From: a virus
Taxonomy: Duplodnaviria > Caudoviricetes
DNA: 64,000 nt
IMG/VR virus record: IMGVR_UViG_3300029305_001452
Span: 32,001-96,000 of that record
Reading direction: 5' to 3' (one strand)
The notes beneath the pieces were generated by a model. That model searched no databases, was not told the DNA's origin, and saw only the letters and a program-made list of their open reading frames with translations. This document shows, one piece after another, positions 29,226 to 39,694 of this stretch. Every line of letters begins with the position of its first letter. Position 1 is the first letter of the stretch. Both the position numbers and the translations under genes were made by a program.

Positions 29226-29654
29226 ATGTATAATATGTACATGAGTCAAAATACTAAGCTAAAGAGTTTTGTATATAATAAAAAGGTTTATCAATCTGGT
29301 ACAAACTTTATATATAATGGGAAATGTATTTTAGATAAAAAAGAAATATATTTGTCGAATGCAGTTGTTACTTATATGTATCATTGTGGTCAATATCAAT
29401 ATTTTAAGGACGATAATAATGTTTATGTATGTATATGGCAAGATTTCGAAAATAATATTGTACAAATTGTTACAGAAGAAAATAAAGCGCCTCCGGTAAA
29501 AGCAAAAGAAGAGTTTTATTGGACGGACAGTATGGTAGCTAAAACAATTTGGTATGTAATAATCATGTTGGTGGCAACGGTTTTTCACGCTAGAATTGGA
29601 ATTTGGATTCTTGCGACAGTTATTTGGTATTTCTCTACATTTAAGAATAAATAA
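29226..29654 (+). CDS. membrane protein
   Basis: two C-terminal hydrophobic helices. Confidence 0.65.
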   Translation: MYNMYMSQNTKLKSFVYNKKVYQSGTNFIYNGKCILDKKEIYLSNAVVTYMYHCGQYQYFKDDNNVYVCIWQDFENNIVQIVTEENKAPPVKAKEEFYWTDSMVAKTIWYVIIMLVATVFHARIGIWILATVIWYFSTFKNK

Positions 29655-29666
29655 GGAGGCAATATT

Positions 29667-30641
29667 ATGAACGGAAGACTTGAAAGAGAACTAAGAGCAG
29701 AAGAAAAAATGATGGCTAAATTAAACAGTCTGCCATCAATTTTTACAGAATTCTATAATACACTAGCCATAAATAAAACATATACCACATTAAATAATTA
29801 CATTAATCATAATATAGATTTTATGAACTATGTGACAAACAATAAGCCGAATAATAAGTTTTATAAAAATGTAAAAGCAGCAAAAATAAATGAGTATATG
29901 AGATCTATTCGTCGTAAAAATATAAACGGAACAACAGTAAGAATTGGTGATGATATCTGTGCTGCCAGATGGACATCTTTAAGGGCGTTTTTCCAGTTCT
30001 TAAAAGAGTTCGATTATGTTGAAGAAAATCCAATGGAAAAAACTAATAGACCTAAGATTAATACGGAGCATAAGGTAACATATTTAAAAAGAGAAGAAAT
30101 TAATATGGTTATCAATGAAATTAAAACAAATTCTACAGAATCTAAAAGAAGTAGAGATTTATGCTTGGTTTCTTTAGCTTTATCAACTGGATTGCGTGTG
30201 AGTGCGATAACTCAAATTAATATTGACGATATTGATTTCGTAAATCATACTATTAGTGTTGTAGAAAAAGGAAATAAGGTTAGAGCGATTAGTTTTGGTG
30301 ATAATTTGGCAGAACTAATCAAACAATGCATTGAGGATCGTGAAACGTATTTCCCTAATGCCGAAAGTAATGCCTTATTCTTATCACAATGGAAAAGACG
30401 TATGACTACACAGGCCGTTAGAGACTTAGTAGCTAAGTACACAAAGAATATCCATGGCAAACATATTACCCCACATAAGCTTCGTGCGTCTGCTGCAACT
30501 AATTTGGCTGCGTCTGGTGTGAGTATACAGGCGATCGCAAAAGTGTTGGGGCATGAAAACATCCAAACAACAAGAAGATATGTTGAAGTGCTTGACGAAG
30601 AGGCAGAAAAGGCAACTAATGTTCTTGATAATTTAATTTGA
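29667..30641 (+). CDS. tyrosine recombinase (XerC/D-like), catalytic residues intact
   Basis: TGLR, EKG, HKLR, LGH and TTRRY give R-K-H-R-H-Y. Confidence 0.92.
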   Translation: MNGRLERELRAEEKMMAKLNSLPSIFTEFYNTLAINKTYTTLNNYINHNIDFMNYVTNNKPNNKFYKNVKAAKINEYMRSIRRKNINGTTVRIGDDICAARWTSLRAFFQFLKEFDYVEENPMEKTNRPKINTEHKVTYLKREEINMVINEIKTNSTESKRSRDLCLVSLALSTGLRVSAITQINIDDIDFVNHTISVVEKGNKVRAISFGDNLAELIKQCIEDRETYFPNAESNALFLSQWKRRMTTQAVRDLVAKYTKNIHGKHITPHKLRASAATNLAASGVSIQAIAKVLGHENIQTTRRYVEVLDEEAEKATNVLDNLI

Positions 30642-30659
30642 TTGTCAAAATTTGCACAT

Positions 30660-30679
30660 TGACAAACACATGTTTGTCA
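30660..30679. promoter_or_regulatory. perfect inverted repeat overlapping the -35 box upstream of the MrpR-like gene
   Basis: TGACAAACA-CA-TGTTTGTCA; TTGACA at 30659. Confidence 0.6.
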
Positions 30680-30707
30680 TAATAAAATAAAATTAACCCC
30701 ACAAGGA

Positions 30708-31634
30708 GTGGATATTATGTATCAAAAAGAAAGAAAAGAGGAATTTATAAAAGACATAATGAGAAGTCGTGTAATCCAAAAAACTACACTATATGCTATA
30801 TTCAAAAAGACAGAACCATTTGAAGAAAAGTTTAAAAAAGATTGTTGTCAGTTTAACAAAGAAGAAGCTATGGAAATGTTTTACGGATTTAAATGTAAGA
30901 GCATCTATACACTTTTAAATAATAATACAATTATGAAAGCGTATAGTGCTTTTGCAGAATACTATCATGGAATTAAAGTGAAAAAAGTATATGAAAGTTT
31001 TACGATCTCCGATTTAAAACCATGTATAGCAGAAAGTAAAAACAAGTTAATCACAAGAGAGGATTTAGATGATATTAAAGCACAACTGCTAAATGTAGTA
31101 GATAGATGTATTGTCGAGTCTCTATGGGAAGGGATTTCAGGAACATCAATGAGAGATATTACTGGGCTTCAAGAGGGGCAGCTAGACAAAACGAGAAAAC
31201 AATTACATTTTGAAGATGGTCGTGTGCTAAACTTAACGGATGAGTTATATGAAGACTTGTTGGGTGCATTTAAACAAACTAAATATATTTGTTATGGAGA
31301 GACTCTAAGGGAAAAAACATTACTTGGGTATGGTCGCCTATATAAAGAAAGAGACAATGCGCTTGGTGAGCTTGATTCAGAAGATAGAAGATTTAGATGG
31401 ATATATAGAAAAATCCAAATATTTAGAGATCATGTCGGAATGCCGTGGTTAACAATGAAAATAATTCAAAATAGTGGATTTACGCACTATTTAAAAATTG
31501 GTATGGATAAAACAGGATTAGGGATAAAGGATTTCCTTAAGACAAAGGAAGGCAAAGAGTTAATGATCCGTTATGGATATACATCTCAATTCGCCGTAGA
31601 TAATGTAGTACACAAATATAAAGATTATGTATAG
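30708..31634 (+). CDS. MrpR/YopR-like master repressor (degenerate tyrosine-recombinase fold)
   Basis: FKKTEPFEEKFKKD..F, LWEGISG in place of TGxR, IQNSG; follows a recombinase as in SPbeta. Confidence 0.7.
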   Translation: MDIMYQKERKEEFIKDIMRSRVIQKTTLYAIFKKTEPFEEKFKKDCCQFNKEEAMEMFYGFKCKSIYTLLNNNTIMKAYSAFAEYYHGIKVKKVYESFTISDLKPCIAESKNKLITREDLDDIKAQLLNVVDRCIVESLWEGISGTSMRDITGLQEGQLDKTRKQLHFEDGRVLNLTDELYEDLLGAFKQTKYICYGETLREKTLLGYGRLYKERDNALGELDSEDRRFRWIYRKIQIFRDHVGMPWLTMKIIQNSGFTHYLKIGMDKTGLGIKDFLKTKEGKELMIRYGYTSQFAVDNVVHKYKDYV

Positions 31635-31695
31635 AATTGGAAGTTGTAGTTTTCTAATTAATTATGAGACATATTGGCATTTCGGAGGGTAACAA

Positions 31696-31962
31696 ATGAT
31701 AATTTCTGGTATTGAAAATTTTATAGAAGAGTTAAAAAAAATAAATGGTAAGCAAGTAAAAATAGATATTGCACATAAATTATATGGAAGTCAAAAAATT
31801 GAATATGGCCTTTGTATTCTTGAAGATGAAGGCCGTCTTGGCTTCACTATTAATGAACAGGAAATTTATTTGAATAAAAGGGACATCATAGACTATGGTA
31901 TGATAAAGGGTATGTATTTTTGGGCCGATAAATTGATGATGGTGGAAATACAAACAACTTAA
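31696..31962 (+). CDS. hypothetical protein
   Basis: GGAGG RBS. Confidence 0.7.
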   Translation: MIISGIENFIEELKKINGKQVKIDIAHKLYGSQKIEYGLCILEDEGRLGFTINEQEIYLNKRDIIDYGMIKGMYFWADKLMMVEIQTT

Positions 31963-32027
31963 TGGTAGTGATCAGCTACGGGAAACGGGGTGCTAAATTA
32001 GCAAGGGATACTATACAAGTCAGGGGC

Positions 32028-32056
32028 TTGACAAATGAAGAGAAATATGATATAAT
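32028..32056 (+). promoter_or_regulatory. sigma-A promoter of the replication operon
   Basis: TTGACA-N17-TATAAT. Confidence 0.8.
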
Positions 32057-32123
32057 ACAGCCATCAAGAAAACAATACAAAATGAATGTGTTGGAAGCTG
32101 GTGGGAAAGGAGCGAATTTATGA

Positions 32124-32330
32124 GTGAGTACAAAAGAAGAAAAAACATGGGTCCAATGTCTTAATTGTGGACATATATATATAATAGAACGAAAAATTCC
32201 AATTGCCATTTCTATAGTGAAATCGTGGTGTCCAAAGTGTGAACATAATCATGCACTTAATTGTGGGTATAGTGAAATGGATTTAATGGAATTGAAAGAC
32301 CCTTATTTAGACGAGAGATATTTTTATTAA
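32124..32330 (+). CDS. Zn-ribbon protein
   Basis: CLNC...CPKC. Confidence 0.65.
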   Translation: MSTKEEKTWVQCLNCGHIYIIERKIPIAISIVKSWCPKCEHNHALNCGYSEMDLMELKDPYLDERYFY

Positions 32331-32364
32331 CAACAATACAAAATGAATGAAAGGAAAATGAAGA

Positions 32365-33582
32365 ATGGCAGATTTGTTTAACTTCACGGGCAAAATTGCT
32401 CTAGGTAAAGATAGTGAAAAGTTTCATCCAATTGAGAGAAAGGAATTTCAAAGTGGATGGGTTAGTACAAGCGTAAAGTTTAATTGTATTAGTGGTACTA
32501 ATAGAGTTCTATGTATGACTCAAGGTGGTAAGTGGAAGGACGATAAGAAGAATACTGTTAAGACTTTTGGTAAGTCAACCACTGACGAAAATGGAAAGGT
32601 AACTAAGGGAACTGTAATTGAAATTCCTTGGGTAAAGAGATTTGACGAAGATCAAATTGCAAAGGTTGCAGGTTTTAGAAAGTTTGTAGTCGATACTGGT
32701 GACTATAAGATGAGATACAAGTTACAGGATCTTGTTAAGGCATTTGAAAACGGAACTGTTACTGATGAAATGATGGAAGAAGTAGGTTTCGACAATCTAG
32801 ACGATGCTAAGGTTGCACTAGAAAAGTCTCAGGCAAAGAGAAAGGAATTTGTTTCAGAGTGGGACTTTGCAGAATATATGGTAAAGGTTGCTCAGTCTGA
32901 TAAGCTAAAGAATAAGCTATTCAATATTTCCGGTAGTTATGAAGTGTCTTATAATGCAGACAAGGATAAGTTCTATACGAACTATCATGTAAATAGAGTT
33001 ACTCTTGCAGCAGAAGATGCAGAATCTAAGACGGAAATGAAAACAGATTTCTATTTTGGTGAAGAGGCTTGGGATGACAGCACTTATGATGAAACTGGAA
33101 AGTGTTTTGTTAATGGTTGGTTTGCATATTATGACAATAATCTAAAGAAGACTGGTTTTAAGGATGCTGTAGTTGTTATCAGAGAAGAGAATGAAAAGAA
33201 GAGAAATGCTCTAAAGAGAAAATTCTCTTGTGATGACGGAATTAAGCAGATTGGTCTAACCCTAAGTGTTATTGAGGGCGCTGAGGTTATTGAGCTGACA
33301 ATGGATATGCTTGATGACGAAACTAGAGAAGATATCGAGTGCGGTCTACTAGATTTTGAGGATGTTAAGAGAGAACTAGGTGGTAGAGCAATTGGCGACA
33401 GAGTAAGCGAATTGAGATTTACAGAGCTAACTCCTAAGAAGAATGTTGCTCAGGATACCGTATATAGTATAGAAGATATGCATCCTGCAAGAGAAGATGT
33501 AATTGAAGAGAATGAAGATGAAGATATCGACACTGTAGAAGATGGTACAGTTATAGATATTTTTGATGATGATGATTTATAA
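32365..33582 (+). CDS. replication protein, probable SSB-like (SPbeta YorF position)
   Basis: first large gene of the module; very acidic C-terminal tail. Confidence 0.5.
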   Translation: MADLFNFTGKIALGKDSEKFHPIERKEFQSGWVSTSVKFNCISGTNRVLCMTQGGKWKDDKKNTVKTFGKSTTDENGKVTKGTVIEIPWVKRFDEDQIAKVAGFRKFVVDTGDYKMRYKLQDLVKAFENGTVTDEMMEEVGFDNLDDAKVALEKSQAKRKEFVSEWDFAEYMVKVAQSDKLKNKLFNISGSYEVSYNADKDKFYTNYHVNRVTLAAEDAESKTEMKTDFYFGEEAWDDSTYDETGKCFVNGWFAYYDNNLKKTGFKDAVVVIREENEKKRNALKRKFSCDDGIKQIGLTLSVIEGAEVIELTMDMLDDETREDIECGLLDFEDVKRELGGRAIGDRVSELRFTELTPKKNVAQDTVYSIEDMHPAREDVIEENEDEDIDTVEDGTVIDIFDDDDL

Positions 33583-33601
33583 GAGAAAAGGGGTATAACA
33601 G

Positions 33602-34750
33602 ATGGCAGAGAGAAAATTTGGAAGAACCTATAAAATGAGCGAAAAGTTTGAAGATTATTCATATATCATTAACGGTGTTGGTGGTATTGGTAAGACAACC
33701 TTAGTATATGAAATTGGTAAGTTAGTTACAGGCAGCAACGAAGGTACTTTTATCATCACTTGTGGTGGTGAAAATAAGCCCAAGCACATTCCTGATGCGT
33801 TCGGTGATGTAGCACCCGACTTCAAGACTTTTGTTGCTATCGTAAAGGAACTTTGTACAAACAAGGAAGCATACCCCGATACAAAGTTCGTTGCAATTGA
33901 CTCCCTAGATGAGTTTGCAAGAATTGCAGAGGCTTATGTAATTGCTGAATGGAACGCAACTTGTGATATTAACGAAAGAGCAAAGAGTATTTCACAGGCA
34001 TATAAGGGATTCCAGAAGGGTGAATCTAGAGCTTGTGATCTAATGATTCAGCAGGTTATGAAGCTACAGGAAGCTGGATATAGCCTATTGGAAATTGGCC
34101 ATACTAAGACAAAGTCTAAGACTGATGTAATTACTCAAGTACAGTTTGAGCAGTTAACTTGTAATCTAGACAATAAGTATTATAATGCACTAAAGGATAA
34201 GGTAAACCTAGTTGCAATGTGTTACTTCCAGCATATTATTGAGAATGTTGAAGAGAAGAAGAATGCATTCACTAAGAAGATGGATAAGGTTGGTGAGCTA
34301 GTTGACCGTAAGAGAATTATGGTATTTGCAGACGATGATAATGCAATTGACTGTAAGAGCCACTTTGAGTACATTACCCACCAGATTGATTTTAGTGCCG
34401 AGGGCTTTGTGAGGGCGGTTGAAGAGGCGATTGCTCTTAAGCTAGAAGCCTTTAATGGAAATGTACCTAAGAAGCCTACTAAGGCAACTAAGCCAACACC
34501 TACTCCTGTGGTTGTAGAGGACGATTTAGATGAAGATGAACCACCCTTCGATGTTGATGAGGATTTAGATGATACTCTTGATGTAGATTTCGATTTTGAT
34601 GCCGTAAGAACAGAAATCAGAAACAAGAATAAAGCTGGCACCCCTGAACAGAAGAAGACAGTTAAGGCACTTCTAAATTCTACTGGCAAGAAGCTAGACG
34701 AACTAGAAGATGTTGAAGTGTTAACTAAGATGTTAGAGGTATTTGAATAA
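33602..34750 (+). CDS. AAA_24/Sak4-like ATPase (YorG-like)
   Basis: GVGGIGKTT Walker A, AIDSLD Walker B, IGH motif. Confidence 0.8.
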   Translation: MAERKFGRTYKMSEKFEDYSYIINGVGGIGKTTLVYEIGKLVTGSNEGTFIITCGGENKPKHIPDAFGDVAPDFKTFVAIVKELCTNKEAYPDTKFVAIDSLDEFARIAEAYVIAEWNATCDINERAKSISQAYKGFQKGESRACDLMIQQVMKLQEAGYSLLEIGHTKTKSKTDVITQVQFEQLTCNLDNKYYNALKDKVNLVAMCYFQHIIENVEEKKNAFTKKMDKVGELVDRKRIMVFADDDNAIDCKSHFEYITHQIDFSAEGFVRAVEEAIALKLEAFNGNVPKKPTKATKPTPTPVVVEDDLDEDEPPFDVDEDLDDTLDVDFDFDAVRTEIRNKNKAGTPEQKKTVKALLNSTGKKLDELEDVEVLTKMLEVFE

Positions 34751-34759
34751 AAACACTTA

Positions 34760-34795
34760 TGGTGGGGTGGGAAACCACCTCACCAAATTTTTTCA
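34760..34795 (+). terminator. intrinsic terminator
   Basis: TGGTGGGGTGG-GAAA-CCACCTCACCA plus T tract. Confidence 0.75.
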
Positions 34796-34861
34796 TAATG
34801 TACGTAAATATGTACAAAAGATGTTATTTTGTAAATATTTATTTACGTTAGGAGGTATAAT

Positions 34862-35365
34862 ATGAGAGCGAAATGTCGTATATGTGGTGAACCATTAGAT
34901 ACTAAGATAGCATATATGGTAATTACTAATGGAAAGAAAGCTTATTACTGTAGCCAGGAAGAATATGATGCAGACCAGAGCAAAAAGAAAAAGGTGGCAG
35001 AAGATAAGGATAAAGTATATAGATTAGTCTGTGATATTATAGCACGGAAAGAGATCACTAACACGGCTCTATTTGCAGAGTGGAAGATTTGGAACAAGGT
35101 TGCTGATAATGATAAAATTGGACAATATTTATATGAAAATAAGGAATTTTTATATAATACTATTGCAAGACTTGAAGACAAAGAATTCAATCGGATTAGA
35201 TACCTAAGTGCAATTTTGAAGAATAAGCTAGGTGATTATAAGCAAAGTGTAGTTGTAAGCGAAGTAGAAAAACCAAAGGTAAAGGTTGATGAAACTTTCT
35301 ATGAGGTTGCTACAGCTACTCGCAACAGACGTAGATCCTTGGCAGATTTGGAGGATGAATTTTAA
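34862..35365 (+). CDS. Zn-finger replication-module protein (YorH position)
   Basis: CRIC...YYC; coupled to the helicase gene. Confidence 0.6.
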   Translation: MRAKCRICGEPLDTKIAYMVITNGKKAYYCSQEEYDADQSKKKKVAEDKDKVYRLVCDIIARKEITNTALFAEWKIWNKVADNDKIGQYLYENKEFLYNTIARLEDKEFNRIRYLSAILKNKLGDYKQSVVVSEVEKPKVKVDETFYEVATATRNRRRSLADLEDEF

Positions 35366-36945
35366 TGGATAAAAGTCAATTTATTAGTGGAGCATTTGAT
35401 GTTTATGATGAAAGACTATTAGAAACGAGACTTACAGAAGAGGGAAATATTTGTGGTTGCCTTTTGAACGATATAACTTTATATGATGATTGTGGATTAT
35501 CTCATAAGGATTTCATAACTAAGTCTGGTCGTATGCTATTTACAATTGGAAAGCAAATTAGAGATAAAAAATATCACACATTTGATGAAATTACATTCAT
35601 TTCTAATGCAAACGAAGACCTAAGAGATAAAATCAACAATGAGTTTGGTGGTTTTAAACAGATTCAGAATGTCATGGATGCGGTTTCGGTTAAGAATTAT
35701 GATTCATTTTTAGATGATTTAAATAAGAGTAATATTATTCTATCTTTATATAGAAAAAACTTTAACCTTTTAAATGAAATGACATTAGATAATGGAAAGA
35801 AAGTTATCCCTTATCAACTGTTTAAGAAGTTTACGGCGTCAGAAGTTATTGATTTCTATGAGGGAACCTTGGCAACACTTGACACAAAAATCAATAGTTC
35901 AAAGATTATTGAACAGGGATTTATTGACTTCGATGATGCGTTTCTTGAAAGATTGGAAAATAAAGAAGAGGTCGGCGTCAGTTTTGGTGAGGCTGGTTTA
36001 GATGTTAATGGAAATGTGATTAAAACATTCCCATTCATGTCCTCGAACATACTCGGAGTAAAGCACGGCACTTTAAATTGTTGGGCAGCACATTCCGGTG
36101 CTGGAAAATCAACATATATGATCACAACGCTTATGAGCCTTATCTCTCAAGGTGAAACTGTGACTATGATAACAAATGAGAGTTCTGTATCCGATGTAAA
36201 AATACAATTCCTTGTATGGGTACTAACTCGTTGCCTAAATTATTGGGAAGTAACAAAAAAGAAGTTGGCGTCCGGCAACTTAACAGATCAAGATAGGCAG
36301 AAAATTAAGGAAGCAAGACAGTATTGGAAAGAACATTATGCAAAGGCAATTAAAATTACTAGCCTAAGTGATGCGGATGCAAGATTGACTTGTCAAATTA
36401 TTAAAAAGGATATTACCCGTGGTGGTTATTCTTGTTTCTTGGTTGATACATTTAAGCTATCTATGGATGGTGGCAATAATGAAGCTTTTTGGATGAGTCT
36501 TATTAAGGACACTAGAGCATTAACGGAAATCGCAATGAGATATAATGTAATTGGTCTTATGACTGTTCAGTTGGCCCTTAATTCTTTAAATAGATGTTGG
36601 ATTGATGCAAGCTGCCTATCTAATTCACGTGGAATTAAAGAAACACTATCCAACTTAATTATGTTTAGAAAGGTAACTGATGCGGAATTAGATCCAAGTA
36701 GTCCATATTTTATTCATCCATTTAGACACAAACAAAAGGAAGATGGAAGTTGGTATGAAGAAGAGTTTTTACCAGACAGAAGCAAAGTGTGGCGTTTGTT
36801 CTTTATAGATAAGTGTAGAAGAGGAGCGGACAGTAATGATACTGGTATTGCATATCTAGTAAGATATGATGGTGATTTCTGTTGTTTTTACGAAAGCGCC
36901 AAAGCGAGACCTACACATAAGCTTATTAATACAGAGGGTAGATAA
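35365..36945 (+). CDS. dnaB: DnaB-like replicative helicase
   Basis: AHSGAGKST Walker A, LVDT, QL and KCR motifs. Confidence 0.85.
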   Translation: MDKSQFISGAFDVYDERLLETRLTEEGNICGCLLNDITLYDDCGLSHKDFITKSGRMLFTIGKQIRDKKYHTFDEITFISNANEDLRDKINNEFGGFKQIQNVMDAVSVKNYDSFLDDLNKSNIILSLYRKNFNLLNEMTLDNGKKVIPYQLFKKFTASEVIDFYEGTLATLDTKINSSKIIEQGFIDFDDAFLERLENKEEVGVSFGEAGLDVNGNVIKTFPFMSSNILGVKHGTLNCWAAHSGAGKSTYMITTLMSLISQGETVTMITNESSVSDVKIQFLVWVLTRCLNYWEVTKKKLASGNLTDQDRQKIKEARQYWKEHYAKAIKITSLSDADARLTCQIIKKDITRGGYSCFLVDTFKLSMDGGNNEAFWMSLIKDTRALTEIAMRYNVIGLMTVQLALNSLNRCWIDASCLSNSRGIKETLSNLIMFRKVTDAELDPSSPYFIHPFRHKQKEDGSWYEEEFLPDRSKVWRLFFIDKCRRGADSNDTGIAYLVRYDGDFCCFYESAKARPTHKLINTEGR

Positions 36946-37005
36946 CCTGTCTTGACAAATTTATTTTTTTATGATATAGTTAACAACACAAAATTAATGT
37001 AGGAG

Positions 37006-38022
37006 GTGAAAAATGTGCTCAATGAAATTAAAGAAAGGCTTGTAGAAAATCCAGATAAACTAATTGAATTACTAGAAACATTCGGATTTGAGCACATTAA
37101 TCACCGCAATACAGAAATAAGATTCGCACGATCAGATTCTGGTGGTGCGAACATCTCTATTAAATTAAAAAACAACCAATATTGTGTGGTTTCAGACTGG
37201 TCTCGTGGCATAAGTACTGATATTATTAGTTATATTATACAGGAAAAATCGGTGGATTTTCGTGATGTTTTACAGACAACGAAGAAAATTTTGGGACTTA
37301 ATAATGATTGGAGACCACAGCAAAAGAAAGCTTTATTTGGTGGGATATATGATAATCTTTCATGTAAAAGTAATGAAATTAAGTTAAAGATATATGATGA
37401 TAATGTATTAAATCAATACGCAAAACATACAAATTTAAAATTTTTACATGACGGAATAAGTTTAAAAGCTCAAAAGTTTTGGGATATAAGATTTTCGGTT
37501 ATGGATAATAGAATTATTATACCTATTCGAAACGAATATTCTGAATTGGTCGGTGCAAAGGGTAGATTAAATGGAGATCCTATTGATGAAGAACCGAAGT
37601 ATATGTATACAATTCCTGTAGCTATGTCTCAGGTGTTATATGGTTATTCAGAAAATTATCAATATTTATATGGAAACGACATTATTGTTGTGGAATCTGA
37701 AAAATCTGTTATGCAAGCATGGGATTTTGGTGTTAGAAATATAGTTGCACTAGGATCGAATAGTCTGTCAGAAAAACAAACAAAACTTTTATTACAGCTA
37801 CAACCTAAACGTATCATTATAGCAATGGATGAGGGATTGGAATTTGATAAAACAAAAAGAAATGCTGATATAATTAAAAGTTTTGGAACAATGTTTATGC
37901 CAGAGGTGTGGTATTGGGATTCAGATCAAGATTTAGATGTGCTACCAAAATCATCACCAACAGATATGGGAAAAGAAAAGTTTGAAGAAATTATGAAAGA
38001 ACAGTTAGTAAGAATATATTAA
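37006..38022 (+). CDS. DNA primase (TOPRIM)
   Basis: RIIIPI, KGR, PKY, VESEKS and AMDEG motifs. Confidence 0.85.
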   Translation: MKNVLNEIKERLVENPDKLIELLETFGFEHINHRNTEIRFARSDSGGANISIKLKNNQYCVVSDWSRGISTDIISYIIQEKSVDFRDVLQTTKKILGLNNDWRPQQKKALFGGIYDNLSCKSNEIKLKIYDDNVLNQYAKHTNLKFLHDGISLKAQKFWDIRFSVMDNRIIIPIRNEYSELVGAKGRLNGDPIDEEPKYMYTIPVAMSQVLYGYSENYQYLYGNDIIVVESEKSVMQAWDFGVRNIVALGSNSLSEKQTKLLLQLQPKRIIIAMDEGLEFDKTKRNADIIKSFGTMFMPEVWYWDSDQDLDVLPKSSPTDMGKEKFEEIMKEQLVRIY

Positions 38023-38047
38023 CAACACAAAATGAATGAGGTAATAT

Positions 38048-39694
38048 ATGCAGAAGAAATGGGTAGTTAAAAGCGATTGTCGTGGTATGACAACAAATGA
38101 AATTATAAATACAATTTTAGAGGATAGAGGAATAGAAAATATACATTCTCTACTATATCCAAATGAAGATTATCTTATTCCATTTGAAAAAATGAAGAAT
38201 ATAGATAGAGCAGCACAAATTATTACCAAAAATATAGAAAATAATGGTAGTTTTTTTGTGCATTTTGATACTGATACAGATGGAGTATCAGCAGGATCGA
38301 TTGCGGTTAGATGGTTAAAGAATCATACAGATAGAGTTTATTATGGAATTAACCAGGGCAAAGAACATGGTATTGCAAAGTTGGATTTATCCATATTGGA
38401 TGGCATAGATGTTTTATGGATTGTAGATTCTATTGAAACAAAAATGTTTCCATATGAAAAAGTGTTGGAAGTAGGGGTAAAACATATTATTATCACGGAT
38501 CATCACCTAGTTTCTAAGTCTATGCAAAAGCAAATGGAGAGAACTGGTGCAATTACTCTTGTAAGTTCAGCCGTAGACTATCCAAATCCTGCTCTGAGTG
38601 GTAGTGCAACAACATGGAAACTGTGTGCGTATATGGATTGGATAGAGCTAGATGATTTTAGCGATGACTTAGTTGACCTTGCTAGTACGGGTCTAATTGC
38701 AGATATGGTTGATATTAGTGCCGAATCACTAGAAAACAGATATATTTGTTATAAGGGATTTAATAATCAAGTCAATCCAGCACTTAAGAAAATTAATGGC
38801 TCTTATGAGTTTAATAGCCAAGCCGTTTCATTTGGTATAGCACCGTTGGTTAATGCAAGCAACCGTATGAATGAAAATGAAAAAGCGGTAGAACTGTTCC
38901 TATCTGAAGACTCCAAGGAAATCACTAGGCTTGTTAACGACCTAAAATCTTGTAAGGAATATCAGAATATAGAAATCGCAGATGTTATGCCAATTCTAGA
39001 AGAACAAGCAGAGTCACAAATGGATAAAAAGGTAATGTTTTTCTTTGTAGAAACCAATGCAGAAGTGAAAGGTTTAATTGGTAATAAGCTTCTTGAAAAG
39101 TACCAAAGACCAGTTATTATATTAGGAAACAGAATGGAAATTGATGAAGAGACCGGCGAGGTTGGAAAGCATGAATTCTTTGGCAGCGCGCGTGCTGTTG
39201 GTGTTAAGGATTTTAAGAAATATGTTGACGATACCGGACTTGTGTCTAGCGGTGGTCACGAGAATGCATTTGGTTTGTGGTTTGATGCCGAGGTCTTGGA
39301 AAACTTTCAAAATGCACTTGAAGAAGCACTTAAGGGTGTTGAGTTTGTACAAGAAACTATTATTGATATTCAGATTAATCAAGAGCAAATTACAGACGAT
39401 TTAATTAAACAAATAAAAATGTTAAATAGAATCTCTGGACAAGGTTGGCCTCAGATTTCTGTTATGGTAAGTGGCATTGAAGATTATGAAATTGGAGCTA
39501 TGAGTGGTGGTAAACACTTGAAGCTTATTGCCGATGGTGGTAAGACATTATTTATTAAATGGAATTTCAACGGAAATTGGGATCAGTTTAATGGTTCAAT
39601 TAGTGCTATTGGAAGTTTAGATAGTGGATGTTTTGGAAGAACTTATTATAGACAGTTAATTATGAATGATTGGAGAGTTGATGATGAGATATAA
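38048..39694 (+). CDS. recJ: RecJ-like ssDNA exonuclease (DHH)
   Basis: DTDTDG, TDHH, ADM, GSAR and GGH motifs. Confidence 0.9.
   Translation: MQKKWVVKSDCRGMTTNEIINTILEDRGIENIHSLLYPNEDYLIPFEKMKNIDRAAQIITKNIENNGSFFVHFDTDTDGVSAGSIAVRWLKNHTDRVYYGINQGKEHGIAKLDLSILDGIDVLWIVDSIETKMFPYEKVLEVGVKHIIITDHHLVSKSMQKQMERTGAITLVSSAVDYPNPALSGSATTWKLCAYMDWIELDDFSDDLVDLASTGLIADMVDISAESLENRYICYKGFNNQVNPALKKINGSYEFNSQAVSFGIAPLVNASNRMNENEKAVELFLSEDSKEITRLVNDLKSCKEYQNIEIADVMPILEEQAESQMDKKVMFFFVETNAEVKGLIGNKLLEKYQRPVIILGNRMEIDEETGEVGKHEFFGSARAVGVKDFKKYVDDTGLVSSGGHENAFGLWFDAEVLENFQNALEEALKGVEFVQETIIDIQINQEQITDDLIKQIKMLNRISGQGWPQISVMVSGIEDYEIGAMSGGKHLKLIADGGKTLFIKWNFNGNWDQFNGSISAIGSLDSGCFGRTYYRQLIMNDWRVDDEI

Noticed and set aside
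28541-31962. Arbitrium aimR/aimP locus near the repressor
   Set aside because: No TPR-type receptor or secreted pro-peptide gene is recognisable here.
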